This document shows positions 9,833 to 19,148 of a DNA stretch of 64,000 nt, one piece after another; position 1 is the stretch's first letter, and every line of letters begins with the position of its first letter. A model generated the notes under the pieces. That model was not told the origin of the DNA. It worked only from the letters and a program-made list of their open reading frames with translations, and searched no databases. The position numbers and the translations under genes were made by a program. Location: NCBI GenBank assembly GCA_045105735.1, contig JBGCDV010000006.1:115460-179459 (forward strand), read 5' to 3'. The stretch comes from Sulfitobacter sp. GTDB taxonomy: Bacteria > Pseudomonadota > Alphaproteobacteria > Rhodobacterales > Rhodobacteraceae.

Positions 9833-9896
9833 ATCTGAAACAGAAAGGATCACTTAACGCGTTGAAATCATTGATTTCAGGCACGCTCAGTGATCC
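9833..9896 (-). terminator. probable rpoD intrinsic terminator (nested hairpin)
   Basis: Lies 49 nt downstream of the rpoD stop on the minus strand. The outer stem GGATCACT/AGTGATCC (9847-9854 / 9889-9896) encloses the perfect palindrome TGAAATCA-T-TGATTTCA (9863-9879). On the transcribed strand it is followed by TTTCTGTTTC. Confidence 0.45.
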
Positions 9897-9944
9897 AGAC
9901 TTTCCGATTCCTGCTCCAAGGCCAGTCTATCGCCAATGGTATTT

Positions 9945-11933
9945 TTACTGATCGAGGAAGCTGCGCAGCTTGCGTGACCGGCTTGGGTGCTTCAGCTTGC
10001 GCAGCGCCTTTGCTTCGATCTGACGGATGCGTTCGCGCGTCACGCTAAACTGTTGTCCCACCTCTTCGAGCGTATGGTCCGTGTTCATCCCAATGCCGAA
10101 ACGCATGCGCAAGACACGTTCTTCGCGCGGTGTGAGCGAAGCAAGAACCCGTGTCGTGGTCTCTTTGAGGTTTTCCTGAATCGCGCTGTCGAGCGGCAGC
10201 ACAGCATTCTTATCCTCAATGAAATCGCCCAGTTGGCTGTCTTCTTCGTCACCAATCGGTGTCTCAAGAGAGATCGGCTCTTTGGCAATTTTCATCACCT
10301 TGCGGACCTTCTCAAGCGGCATCTGCAGCTTTTCGGCCAGTTCTTCCGGCGTCGGCTCTCGGCCGATCTCGTGCAACATCTGGCGGCCCGTGCGGACCAG
10401 CTTGTTGATCGTTTCGATCATGTGGACCGGAATGCGGATCGTGCGAGCCTGATCTGCGATAGACCGGGTGATCGCCTGTCTGATCCACCACGTCGCATAG
10501 GTAGAGAATTTGTACCCACGGCGGTACTCAAACTTGTCCACCGCCTTCATCAGGCCGATGTTACCTTCCTGAATAAGATCAAGGAATTGCAGTCCGCGGT
10601 TCGTGTATTTCTTGGCGATGGAGATCACGAGGCGCAGGTTCGCCTCCACCATTTCTTTCTTGGCCTGACGTGCTTCTTTCTCGCCCTTCTGGACCTGCTG
10701 CACGATGCGGCGGAATTCAGGGATATCGAGGCCAACATACTGGCCCACCTGCGCCATGTCCGCGCGCAGCTCTTCGACCTTGTCGGTAGAGCGTTCGATG
10801 AACATCTGCCAGCCACGACCGGGCTTTTCCGCCATCCGCTCCATCCAGTTGGGATCAAGCTCATAACCACGATAGGATTCGACGAATTCCTTGCGGTTGA
10901 TCCGGGCCTGGTCGGCCAGCTTCACCATTGCGGAATCGATCTGCATGATCCGGCGGTTGATGCCATAAAGCTGGTCAATCAGCGCCTCGATACGGTTGTT
11001 GTGCAGATGCAACTCGTTCACCAGCAGCACAATCTCAGAACGCAGTTTCTGATACTTGCCTTCCTGCTTGTCGCTGAAGGATCCATCTTCGTTCAGTGTT
11101 GCAGAGATGCGGCTGTCCTGCATCTCGCTCAGCTTGGCATAGTCGTCCGCGATGATATCCAGCGCTTCAAGCACCTGAGGTTTCAACGCGGCTTCCATCG
11201 CGGCAAGGCTCATATTGGCCTGCTCGTCCTCATCATCATCGTCGTCTGTTGTGATGGGGTTGCCGTCTGCGTCAAGCTCTTGCTTGGTCTCTTCTTCCTT
11301 GGTCTCGGACGTGGCGACCCCTGCGGCTGGTACCACTGGCGTTGTCTCTTCGTCCTCGCCCATCTGGTTGCCAAAAGTCGCCTCAAGGTCGATCACATCG
11401 CGCAGCAGAATGTCTTCGGACAACAGTTCGTCGCGCCAGATTGTAATCGCCTGAAAAGTCAGCGGGCTTTCGCACAGCCCTGCGATCATCGTGTTGCGGC
11501 CAGCCTCAATGCGCTTGGCAATCGCGATCTCGCCTTCGCGGGACAACAGCTCAACAGAGCCCATCTCGCGCAGGTACATGCGGACGGGATCATCGGTACG
11601 GTCCAGCTTTTCGGCGGTGCCCGACGACAGAGCAACCTCTTTCGCGCTGTCGGTTGTGGCCAGCTCCGTGCCGCCTTTTGCCTCTTCTTCTTCGGCGTCC
11701 TCGTCCTCAATGATGTTGATGCCCATCTCAGAGAGCATCGACATCACGTCTTCGATTTGTTCAGAAGAAACCTGGTCAGGCGGCAAAACTGTGTTGAGCT
11801 GATCGTATGTGATGTAGCCCTTTTCGCGCGCCTCCGAGATCATCTTTTTCACGGCGGCTTGAGACATGTCCAGCGAATGACCGCTGTCTGCATCGTCTCT
11901 TTTTGCGTCTTCGTTCGTGTCCTTAGCGGCCAT
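9945..11933 (-). CDS. rpoD: RNA polymerase primary sigma factor RpoD
   Basis: [50 protein letters not shown] (region 2) and region 4 [30 protein letters not shown]. An acidic insert (DDDDDEDE) is present. Confidence 0.97.
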   Translation of the reverse strand: MAAKDTNEDAKRDDADSGHSLDMSQAAVKKMISEAREKGYITYDQLNTVLPPDQVSSEQIEDVMSMLSEMGINIIEDEDAEEEEAKGGTELATTDSAKEVALSSGTAEKLDRTDDPVRMYLREMGSVELLSREGEIAIAKRIEAGRNTMIAGLCESPLTFQAITIWRDELLSEDILLRDVIDLEATFGNQMGEDEETTPVVPAAGVATSETKEEETKQELDADGNPITTDDDDDEDEQANMSLAAMEAALKPQVLEALDIIADDYAKLSEMQDSRISATLNEDGSFSDKQEGKYQKLRSEIVLLVNELHLHNNRIEALIDQLYGINRRIMQIDSAMVKLADQARINRKEFVESYRGYELDPNWMERMAEKPGRGWQMFIERSTDKVEELRADMAQVGQYVGLDIPEFRRIVQQVQKGEKEARQAKKEMVEANLRLVISIAKKYTNRGLQFLDLIQEGNIGLMKAVDKFEYRRGYKFSTYATWWIRQAITRSIADQARTIRIPVHMIETINKLVRTGRQMLHEIGREPTPEELAEKLQMPLEKVRKVMKIAKEPISLETPIGDEEDSQLGDFIEDKNAVLPLDSAIQENLKETTTRVLASLTPREERVLRMRFGIGMNTDHTLEEVGQQFSVTRERIRQIEAKALRKLKHPSRSRKLRSFLDQ

Positions 11934-12068
11934 GATGAGTCCCTCCAGCGCGGTCGCGCGAATCAGTGCAGGTGATTCGTTTCAGACGAATCATGCGGTG
12001 TTCGGGGTGATTCTTAAACCCGATATCCTGCTTTTTCCTAAAGTGCCTGCCAAAAGAGCACGGATTTT

Positions 12069-14030
12069 TCAGCCCTGGCCCTTTGACTTACTGAAATTAA
12101 TCGTCCCCAGCAGCGTGTCCCAAGCGCTGCGTTCATCCTTGCTGATGCGCGCGCCATTGTCGCCCACATCGTACTCCCCCTTGTCTTCCTGACCCGACCG
12201 GCTGGCCATATCAGCGGCTTTTGCAGCCTCGGACAAACGCCATGTGACCCCTTCATCCGCCACACCGCTGAGATCTTCGACGGCTTCCGCAATCTCAGCA
12301 TCGAGGCCCCGTGACGCCTCCAGCTTGGCAAACTCTTCAGCGACGGTCAGGCTTGCCATCTCAACATCGCCCAGCTTCCTGCTGTAGGGGTGAACGACGA
12401 AATGGCGTGCGGAGAGCAAGTTTTCAAGGGCATCCGGACCCAGTGCGCTGAAAATATTATCACGCAACACCTCAGATCCCGCATGGCCATGACGCAACAG
12501 GATGTCGCGCAAACTGCGGTGAAACGAATCAGCGCAGCTCATCGCCTCCAATCCGCTTTCAAAATCATCCAGAATGTCCGGGCAGGTCACCAAGGTCGCC
12601 AATATCACCGCCTCACGCAGGTGTTCTGTTGTGCGTTCGTCAGTTGCCGCTGCCAAGGCGGAGGATTTGGTGCTGGCCAAAGGTGCCTGCGGCGCAGCCT
12701 GCCATTTTCCGCTTCCCCGCGCCATCGCCTGACGTCCGCCAGATTTCGGGCGAAACAACTGCCAGCGCAAGTCTTTGATTTCCTTACCATAATGGCTTCG
12801 GATCGACGGATCTTTGATCAGCATGACCTTTTCGCGCAGCGCCTTGTCCAGCGTGGCCTTGCGCTCCGGGCTGTCAAAAACCCGGCCCTCGGTCTCGCGT
12901 TGCCACAAGAGCCGCACCATGGGCACCGCACCGTCGATCAGCTTTTGAAACGCGCCCGCCCCGGAAGCCTTGAGCACATCATCCGGGTCCTGCCCCTCCG
13001 GCATCATGCAAAACCGCAGCGATTTCCCGGCCTCCAACAAGGGCAGCGCCAGATCAATCAACCGCATGGCGGCGCGCTGTCCGGCGGTGTCGCCGTCCAA
13101 CGTGATGATCGGCTCCGCGTCGATGCGCCACAGCATCGCCAGTTGGTTTTCAGTGATCGCCGTGCCCAAGGGGGCCACCGCAGCCTCAAACCCGGCCTGC
13201 TGCAGGGCAATCACATCCATGTACCCTTCGGCCACCAGCAAGGGCTGGCCCTTGCCTGCCGCTGTACGCGCGTCCTTAACGTTGTAAAGGCTGCGACCTT
13301 TGTCAAAAAGCTCTGTCTCAGGCGAATTGAGATACTTGGCGTTGTCATTGGGGTCCATCGCGCGCCCGCCAAAGGCGATCGCCCGCCCCCGCGCATCCCG
13401 GATCGGAAACATGATCCGTCCCCGAAACGTGTCGTAAGGTTTGCCGCCTTTGGTAGAAGGCTTGGCAAGCCCGGCACCCAGAATCATCTCATCCGGGATG
13501 TCCTTGCCTTTGAGCGCATCCCAAAGCCCCTGCCACTGATCCGGCGCAAAACCAATTTCCCAGCGCTCCAGCGCTGCGGCATCCAGCCCGCGCCGCTCCA
13601 GATAGCTGCGTGCCTCAGCCGCGACACCGGTCTTGAGCTGCAACCGGAACCACAGCACAGCCAGTTCCATCACATCGGCCAGATCGTTGCGCTTGTCCGC
13701 TTTCTCGGCCGCGCGGGGGTCGCGCGCAGGCATGGTCATCCCCGCCTCACGGGCCAAAATCTCTACCGCTTCCATAAAGCCGACGTTCTCTGTCTCGCGC
13801 ACAAAGGAAATTGCATCCCCCTTGGCGTGACACCCAAAGCAATAGTAAAACCCCTTGCGGTCATCGACGTGAAAGCTGGCGGATTTCTCCTGATGAAACG
13901 GGCACGGGGCCCACATGTCGCCCTTGCCCTGATTGGACTTGCGCGCATCCCACATGACTTTGCGTCCGACCACCTGCGTCAGGCTCAATCGGGTGCGCAA
14001 TTCGTCAAGAAATCCAGGTGGCAGGCTCAT
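12069..14030 (-). CDS. dnaG: DNA primase
   Basis: Zinc ribbon CPFHQEKSASFHVDDRKGFYYCFGCHAKGDAISF and TOPRIM LVAEGYMDVIAL...DGDTAGQRAA. Confidence 0.95.
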   Translation of the reverse strand: MSLPPGFLDELRTRLSLTQVVGRKVMWDARKSNQGKGDMWAPCPFHQEKSASFHVDDRKGFYYCFGCHAKGDAISFVRETENVGFMEAVEILAREAGMTMPARDPRAAEKADKRNDLADVMELAVLWFRLQLKTGVAAEARSYLERRGLDAAALERWEIGFAPDQWQGLWDALKGKDIPDEMILGAGLAKPSTKGGKPYDTFRGRIMFPIRDARGRAIAFGGRAMDPNDNAKYLNSPETELFDKGRSLYNVKDARTAAGKGQPLLVAEGYMDVIALQQAGFEAAVAPLGTAITENQLAMLWRIDAEPIITLDGDTAGQRAAMRLIDLALPLLEAGKSLRFCMMPEGQDPDDVLKASGAGAFQKLIDGAVPMVRLLWQRETEGRVFDSPERKATLDKALREKVMLIKDPSIRSHYGKEIKDLRWQLFRPKSGGRQAMARGSGKWQAAPQAPLASTKSSALAAATDERTTEHLREAVILATLVTCPDILDDFESGLEAMSCADSFHRSLRDILLRHGHAGSEVLRDNIFSALGPDALENLLSARHFVVHPYSRKLGDVEMASLTVAEEFAKLEASRGLDAEIAEAVEDLSGVADEGVTWRLSEAAKAADMASRSGQEDKGEYDVGDNGARISKDERSAWDTLLGTINFSKSKGQG

Positions 14031-14198
14031 AGTGCATTATATTGGGCGCGGCAGGCGAGAGTCCAGTGATGTGGCGGGCGGGGATGTCGGCTTTCCGGCG
14101 CTTTGCCGCCCTATTTGCTTCCAAGTTTTGGTGCAGAGCAAGCGAGAAAGTTTTTGCCTACATCGGCGAAGACAAAAACATGGAGGTTTGAGGCTACG

Positions 14199-14378
14199 AT
14201 GGAATTTCTTCGCTTTTTGTATGACTATCACATTCTTGAACTCCTGCCATTCGCAGCAATCATTCTCTATTTGTCGGTCATAAAGAGCCGCGCCAAAGGC
14301 CGCCCCGAAACACGTCACAGCGACCGCGCGACCTCACGAAGTTCGGAATACTACAGCACTGAAATCGATGAGCTTTAG
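14199..14378 (+). CDS. possible small membrane protein (59 aa), speculative
   Basis: The ATG at 14199 inside ORF 14103..14378 has GAGG 5 nt upstream. It encodes MEFLRFLYDYHILELLPFAAIILYLSVIKSR... with one hydrophobic helix. It sits in a locally AT-rich 430-bp gap. There is no other support. Confidence 0.2.
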   Translation: MEFLRFLYDYHILELLPFAAIILYLSVIKSRAKGRPETRHSDRATSRSSEYYSTEIDEL

Positions 14379-14462
14379 CCATAGCGTACGGCTGTTGAGC
14401 AATCGTACTCTCAGCGGGATCACAGCCGGCACTCAGGTCCTACGCCAACGCCGCGCATCCCG

Positions 14463-14771
14463 TTACTGCGCCAGACACAGCTCCGTCCAGGCGGCGGCCA
14501 GATCCGCCTCTCGCACGTCGCGCATTTTCATCTCATAGACCCACGGTGTCAGCAGCGGGATCGCAGTGTTGAAATTGTCAGGCCAGGTTGCGTTTTCCAT
14601 CACATGCGCCTGCACTTTACGCTCTTTCACCCGGTCAAGGCGTGCTTGCTGGATAGCGGCGACAACCTCCGCCTGATGCCCGCAAGAGACGGCTTTGTCT
14701 GAACTTGCTTCCGCTCCGATCGGTGCGACCATGCCCAAGGCCATCACAGTGGCCAACCCCAAACGCATCAT
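14463..14771 (-). CDS. secreted hypothetical protein (about 102 aa) immediately downstream of soxG
   Basis: ATGATG start with GAGGAG 7 nt upstream; the ORF-track start 14786 is TTG. Signal peptide MMRLGLATVMALGMVAPIGAEA. Two Cys residues in the mature part. Confidence 0.55.
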   Translation of the reverse strand: MMRLGLATVMALGMVAPIGAEASSDKAVSCGHQAEVVAAIQQARLDRVKERKVQAHVMENATWPDNFNTAIPLLTPWVYEMKMRDVREADLAAAWTELCLAQ

Positions 14772-14803
14772 ACCCGTACTCCTCAACCAGAATCGGGTGC
14801 AGG

Positions 14804-15347
14804 TTACCCCCGCGACGCCACCGCCGCCATAGCCCCTTTGAGGTCATGTACCAAAGTGCCCGCCATGGAGCGGAAAACCATGATCATAAATCTGTTCGGT
14901 CCCAGTTTGGTGATGGAAGCAGACAGGTGCAGTATTTGCGTACGCGCCGTATGCCCGCGTTTGAATGCACCATCGCGCAGGTCCATCGGAACCAGCCGCG
15001 CCAACACGTCAACCGCGCCTGCCCCGCTCAGCTCAACAACGGCCCAAGCGTCCGAGACGTCCACAACCGCGCCGTGATCTGATAGCGACGCGTCGGGTGC
15101 AGGCCCGACAAGCAGTACCTCACGCGCCGAGAACCACAGGCACCGTGCCCCGTCTTTGCCCACCGACCGCCCCGGCGCTGGCAAAGATACCCCATGCGCC
15201 GTTTCAAGTGCGGCCGACAATCCCGAAGCGCCGCCGAAGGCGGACAATGAGGTCAGGTGCCCCGCATCGATTTCATCAAGCGTGACAGTCCCATAGCTCA
15301 CCGGAACCAAGCCAAAGCACGGGCTTTTCTCTTTCAACTCAACCACG
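14804..15347 (-). CDS. soxG: sarcosine oxidase subunit gamma
   Basis: Position after soxA and a SoxG-like sequence (SLSAFGGASG...VDVSDAWAVVELSGAGAVDVLARL). The GTG start at 15347 overlaps the soxA stop; the upstream part of ORF 14804..15442 lies inside soxA. Confidence 0.8.
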
Positions 15348-18275
15348 TACCCGCTCCCCTTCTGGGTCGATGAATACCGGCGCACAGATCTCCACTTGCG
15401 TTGTGATCCCGCGCACATGATCGACCATCTGCACCACTTCACCCATCCGCGCGGGCCCGCGCCGGATGAACCCCAGCCCGATCATACACCCCAGTTCAGG
15501 CGAATACCCGACCGAAGACATATGCCCCTGATGGTTCACCCGCACCGACTCTGCCCCGGCATCATAGAGGTTTGCGCCCCCGGTCAATGCGCCGTCCAGC
15601 TCGACCGGTTTAAACCCGACCATCTGAGGGCGCGCGTCGTCCATCAGCCCCGGACGCGCGGCCATCGTCTTGCCGATGCAGTCTTTCTTGGCTGAAATCA
15701 TCCGCGCCATGCCAATGTCAAATGCCGTCGCGCGCCCTTCGATCTCCGCATGGGTGATGAAGCCTTTCTCGATCCGCAGCACGTTCAGCGCTTCCATCCC
15801 GTAAGGCCCGCCGTCCATCTGCTGCGCCCGGTCCACCAGTTCCTCGAACAAAGCCGCCCCGTAGCGCGATGGCACAGCGACCTCATAGGCGTGTTCCCCG
15901 GAAAAAGAGATGCGGAACAGCCGTCCCGCAATCCCGCCAATGGACACCGCGCCACAGGCCATAAATGGCCAGCTTTCGCCATCTATCGGCGCATCAAGCA
16001 CCCCGTTCAACAGATCACGCGCCTTGGGTCCGGCCACGGCAAACTGCGCCCATTGCTCCGTCACAGAGGTAAACGCGACATTCCACTCCGGATGCAAACA
16101 CTGCGTCACAAATTCCAGGTGCCGCATCACCGGGCCCGCCGCTGCCGTCGTTGTGGTCATCACAAAATGATGTTCGCCGAGCCGCGCGGTGGTGCCATCG
16201 TCCATCACATGCCCGTCTTCACGCAGCATCAGACCATAGCGCACGCGCCCCACTTTGAGGGTGGAGAACATGTTGGTGTAGACAAAATCCAGCAGTTTCG
16301 CCGCATCCGGCCCCTGAATGTCGATCTTGCCCAAGGTGGAGACATCACAGACCCCAACCGCCTTGCGGACATACCCGACCTCACGGTCACACGATTGCCG
16401 CCATGTGCTTTCTCCGGCCTGCGGAAAATAGCTGGGCCTGAACCAAAGCCCCGCCTCAATCATCGGGGCACCGCGCTCAACCGTGCGTTTGTGCGACGTG
16501 GTCAGACGTTCGGGCGCAAAGCCATGGCCTTGTCCGCCTGCCCCCATCGCGGCAATGCTCACCGGTACATACGGCGGCCTGAACGTCGTTGTCCCTGTCT
16601 CAGGAATGCCGCGCCCGGTGGCATCGGCCAGCACCGCCAGCGCGGCCACATTCGACGATTTGCCCTGATCCGTTGCCATCCCTTGCGTGGTGTAGCGTTT
16701 CATATGCTCAACGGAGCGGAAGTTCTCTACCGCCGCTTGCTTCACATCCTTGACCGACACGTCGTTCTGAAAATCGAGCCATGCCCGGCCTTTGCCCGCA
16801 ACAGCCCAAAGCGGTGCCAGCGCATAGGGCGCGTCCTCTGCGTTCGGCACCTCCACCGCGCCGGGTTTCTTGCCCAATGCGTTCAGCGCCACATTTGCCG
16901 CCTCCACTCCCGCGTTCAGGCAGCCTTGCGTCGAGAACGTGCCATTGCAGGCCCCCGCGACGTCCATGTTCGGCACGCTGCCCGGTGTCGGCACAAACGC
17001 CTGAATGTCGGCGCGCCAGGTGGGTCGCCCGTTCATGTGGCAGGTCAGATGCACCGTAGGGTTCCAGCCGCCCGACATCGCCAGACAATCCACCTGCATG
17101 GCGTGCTCTCCCGCATGTGTGCGCACGGTGATGCTCTCCAACGCCTTGCGCCCGCCGGTATTGCAGACCTGCGCGCCCGTGATCACAGTGCCGTCAAAGC
17201 CTTCGACAACTGCATCCGCGCGACTGTCGATCAGGGCCACCACATGCACGCCCGCCGCCGCAAGGTCCCGCGCTGTTCGATGGGCATCATCGTTGTTGCC
17301 AAAAACCGCCACCCGCTTGCCGGGGCTCACCCCCCACCGGTTGAGATATGCGCGCACCGCGCCTGCGGTCATCACGCCGGGTCGGTCGTTGTTCTGAAAA
17401 GCGATGGGCCGCTCCAAAGCGCCGGCCGAATAGATCGACCGCTTTGCAGCAATGCGCCAGAAACACTCCAAGGGCGCACCACCGCCACGCTGCCCTGCGT
17501 GTTGGTTCACCCGTTCCAGCGCGCCAAACATGCCGCCGTCGTAGGCCCCTGTCACGGTCGTTCGCGGCATCAGGCGGACATTGTCCATGCCCGCCAGCTC
17601 CGCCACGGCCTCTGCCGCCCAGCGCGCGCCTGACAGGTGTCCAACCGCGCCGCGCTCCGCGTTCAGACGCCCGCCCATCAGGCTGTCCTCATCCGCCAAA
17701 ATCACATCCAGCCCGGCACGCCCCGCCGTCAATGCCGCCATCAGTCCAGCGGGCCCCGCGCCAATTATCAACAGATCGCAGAAAGCATACGCCTTTTCGT
17801 AGGTATCGGGATTGTTCTTGCCGCTCAGCGCACCCAGGCCCGCCGCCTTGCGGATCACAGGCTCGTAAATCGATTCCCAAAACCGCTTGGGCCACATGAA
17901 CGTCTTGTAATAAAACCCCGCGCCCAGAAACGGGGCCGCCAGATCATTCACCGCCATCACATCAAAATCCAGCGAAGGCCAGGCGTTTTGCGACCGTGCC
18001 ACAAGCCCGTCAAAAACCTCTTGTGTGGTGGCCCTCACATTGGGTTCAATCCCGGCCCCTTCGCCAGTGGAAATCAGCGCATTGGGTTCTTCGCTGCCCG
18101 CGGTCAGCACACCGCGCGGGCGGTGGTACTTGAACGACCGCCCTATAAGCGTCACCCCATTGGCCAGCAAGGCCGAGGCCACCGTATCACCCTCAAACGC
18201 CCTAAAGGTGACACCATCAAAGGAAAACCGCACCTCTTTGGAGCGGTCAATCAGCCCCTTTCCAACCACCCTCAT
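15339..18275 (-). CDS. soxA: sarcosine oxidase subunit alpha
   Basis: 978 aa. N-terminal FSFDGVTFRAFEGDTVASALLANGV, a FAD/NAD Rossmann motif (LIIGAGPAGLMAAL), and a C-terminal aminomethyltransferase (GCV_T) folate-binding domain. Confidence 0.95.
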   Translation of the reverse strand: MRVVGKGLIDRSKEVRFSFDGVTFRAFEGDTVASALLANGVTLIGRSFKYHRPRGVLTAGSEEPNALISTGEGAGIEPNVRATTQEVFDGLVARSQNAWPSLDFDVMAVNDLAAPFLGAGFYYKTFMWPKRFWESIYEPVIRKAAGLGALSGKNNPDTYEKAYAFCDLLIIGAGPAGLMAALTAGRAGLDVILADEDSLMGGRLNAERGAVGHLSGARWAAEAVAELAGMDNVRLMPRTTVTGAYDGGMFGALERVNQHAGQRGGGAPLECFWRIAAKRSIYSAGALERPIAFQNNDRPGVMTAGAVRAYLNRWGVSPGKRVAVFGNNDDAHRTARDLAAAGVHVVALIDSRADAVVEGFDGTVITGAQVCNTGGRKALESITVRTHAGEHAMQVDCLAMSGGWNPTVHLTCHMNGRPTWRADIQAFVPTPGSVPNMDVAGACNGTFSTQGCLNAGVEAANVALNALGKKPGAVEVPNAEDAPYALAPLWAVAGKGRAWLDFQNDVSVKDVKQAAVENFRSVEHMKRYTTQGMATDQGKSSNVAALAVLADATGRGIPETGTTTFRPPYVPVSIAAMGAGGQGHGFAPERLTTSHKRTVERGAPMIEAGLWFRPSYFPQAGESTWRQSCDREVGYVRKAVGVCDVSTLGKIDIQGPDAAKLLDFVYTNMFSTLKVGRVRYGLMLREDGHVMDDGTTARLGEHHFVMTTTTAAAGPVMRHLEFVTQCLHPEWNVAFTSVTEQWAQFAVAGPKARDLLNGVLDAPIDGESWPFMACGAVSIGGIAGRLFRISFSGEHAYEVAVPSRYGAALFEELVDRAQQMDGGPYGMEALNVLRIEKGFITHAEIEGRATAFDIGMARMISAKKDCIGKTMAARPGLMDDARPQMVGFKPVELDGALTGGANLYDAGAESVRVNHQGHMSSVGYSPELGCMIGLGFIRRGPARMGEVVQMVDHVRGITTQVEICAPVFIDPEGERVRG

Positions 18276-18553
18276 GACGACACCTCTGCCAGCCGCTTCA
18301 CATCCGCAGCCAGAGCAACGGCTGAGATCTCATGACTGACGGTGTCCCGCGTCACCACCAGCCAAGACCCGCATCCCCCGTCATGCTGCCACAACTCTCG
18401 GGTCACCCCCGCCAGATTGTCGCGCAAATGCAGATAGTCATCCCAGACAGCCGCGTCCGCATCGGGTGCGGGACGGTCGAGCATCACTGCGGCCCCCTGA
18501 TAATAGAATTTGCGGCGATCACGGTCTCCGCAGATGGGGCATTTGATCCTCAT
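18272..18553 (-). CDS. soxD: sarcosine oxidase subunit delta
   Basis: MRIKCPICGDRDRRKFYYQGA..., 93 aa, zinc-binding SoxD pattern. It overlaps the soxA start by 4 nt. Confidence 0.9.
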   Translation of the reverse strand: MRIKCPICGDRDRRKFYYQGAAVMLDRPAPDADAAVWDDYLHLRDNLAGVTRELWQHDGGCGSWLVVTRDTVSHEISAVALAADVKRLAEVSS

Positions 18554-18590
18554 GGCGTTCCTGCCTTGCTGTCGTATTTGGTCTTGTGCA

Positions 18591-19139
18591 TCATGGCCAC
18601 CGCCCTTCGCAACGGGCGTCCGGCACGCGGTTCAAGTGATATGTCACAGCGGTGAGTGGCACTTCGGCCAGATCCAGCGCCCCGCCGCAATCATCCCCTG
18701 TGCCGAGCAAAAAGTATTCGGTCCACATCTTGAGCTTGCGGTCGTCCAATTGCTCTATGTGCAAAGTTCCACCATCGCATTCAACAGAACAAGACCAGCC
18801 ATACAGCGTCACATCAGACGGGGTGCACCGCGCAATCGTGCCAAAAAGCTCGCCACCCTGCCCCGCATCTGCGGCGTGGCCCTGCGGTGCCGCAATGATT
18901 GTCACATCCATCCACGGCACGTCATCCCCCGCAAAACCCCCAAAAGCGACGGACATTTCCTGCACCACCTGTGCGGGATTGCGCGCCAGATGATCCTCAG
19001 AATAACGACGCTCGAAACACCCCTGAGGTGCGGCAAGCACTGGCATGGCAACCACGCCTGCCAGCCCCAGCGCGACCACCCCGGTTGCGATGCGCAGGCC
19101 TTGCTCCTTTTTGCCAAAAATACTCAAGAACACCCTCAC
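18591..19139 (-). CDS. secreted Cys-rich hypothetical protein embedded between soxB and soxD
   Basis: GTG start 9 nt after the soxB stop, with GAGG about 8 nt upstream. It has a hydrophobic signal-like segment (GVVALGLAGVVAMPVLAAP) and 7 Cys (QGCF, ARCT, WSCSVECDGG, DDCGG, ARCEG). Same strand as the sox genes. Confidence 0.55.
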   Translation of the reverse strand: MRVFLSIFGKKEQGLRIATGVVALGLAGVVAMPVLAAPQGCFERRYSEDHLARNPAQVVQEMSVAFGGFAGDDVPWMDVTIIAAPQGHAADAGQGGELFGTIARCTPSDVTLYGWSCSVECDGGTLHIEQLDDRKLKMWTEYFLLGTGDDCGGALDLAEVPLTAVTYHLNRVPDARCEGRWP

Positions 19140-19148
19140 AACCGAACC

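Noticed and set aside
9987-11975. A 662-aa + strand ORF exactly mirroring rpoD (also 662 aa) on the opposite strand
   Set aside because: This is a classic antisense shadow ORF in high-GC DNA. The translation is Arg/His/Leu/Phe-rich with no recognisable motif, and rpoD on the minus strand is unambiguous. The equal length is a by-product of stop-codon depletion in the antisense frame.
12390-14069. 559-aa + strand ORF antisense to dnaG
   Set aside because: Same artefact: low-complexity Arg/Pro/Gln/His-rich product, fully contained in a confidently identified gene.
15750-18335. Long + strand ORFs (627 aa, 232 aa and others) antisense to soxA
   Set aside because: Arg/His/Pro-rich translations without motifs. 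soxA is unambiguous on the minus strand.
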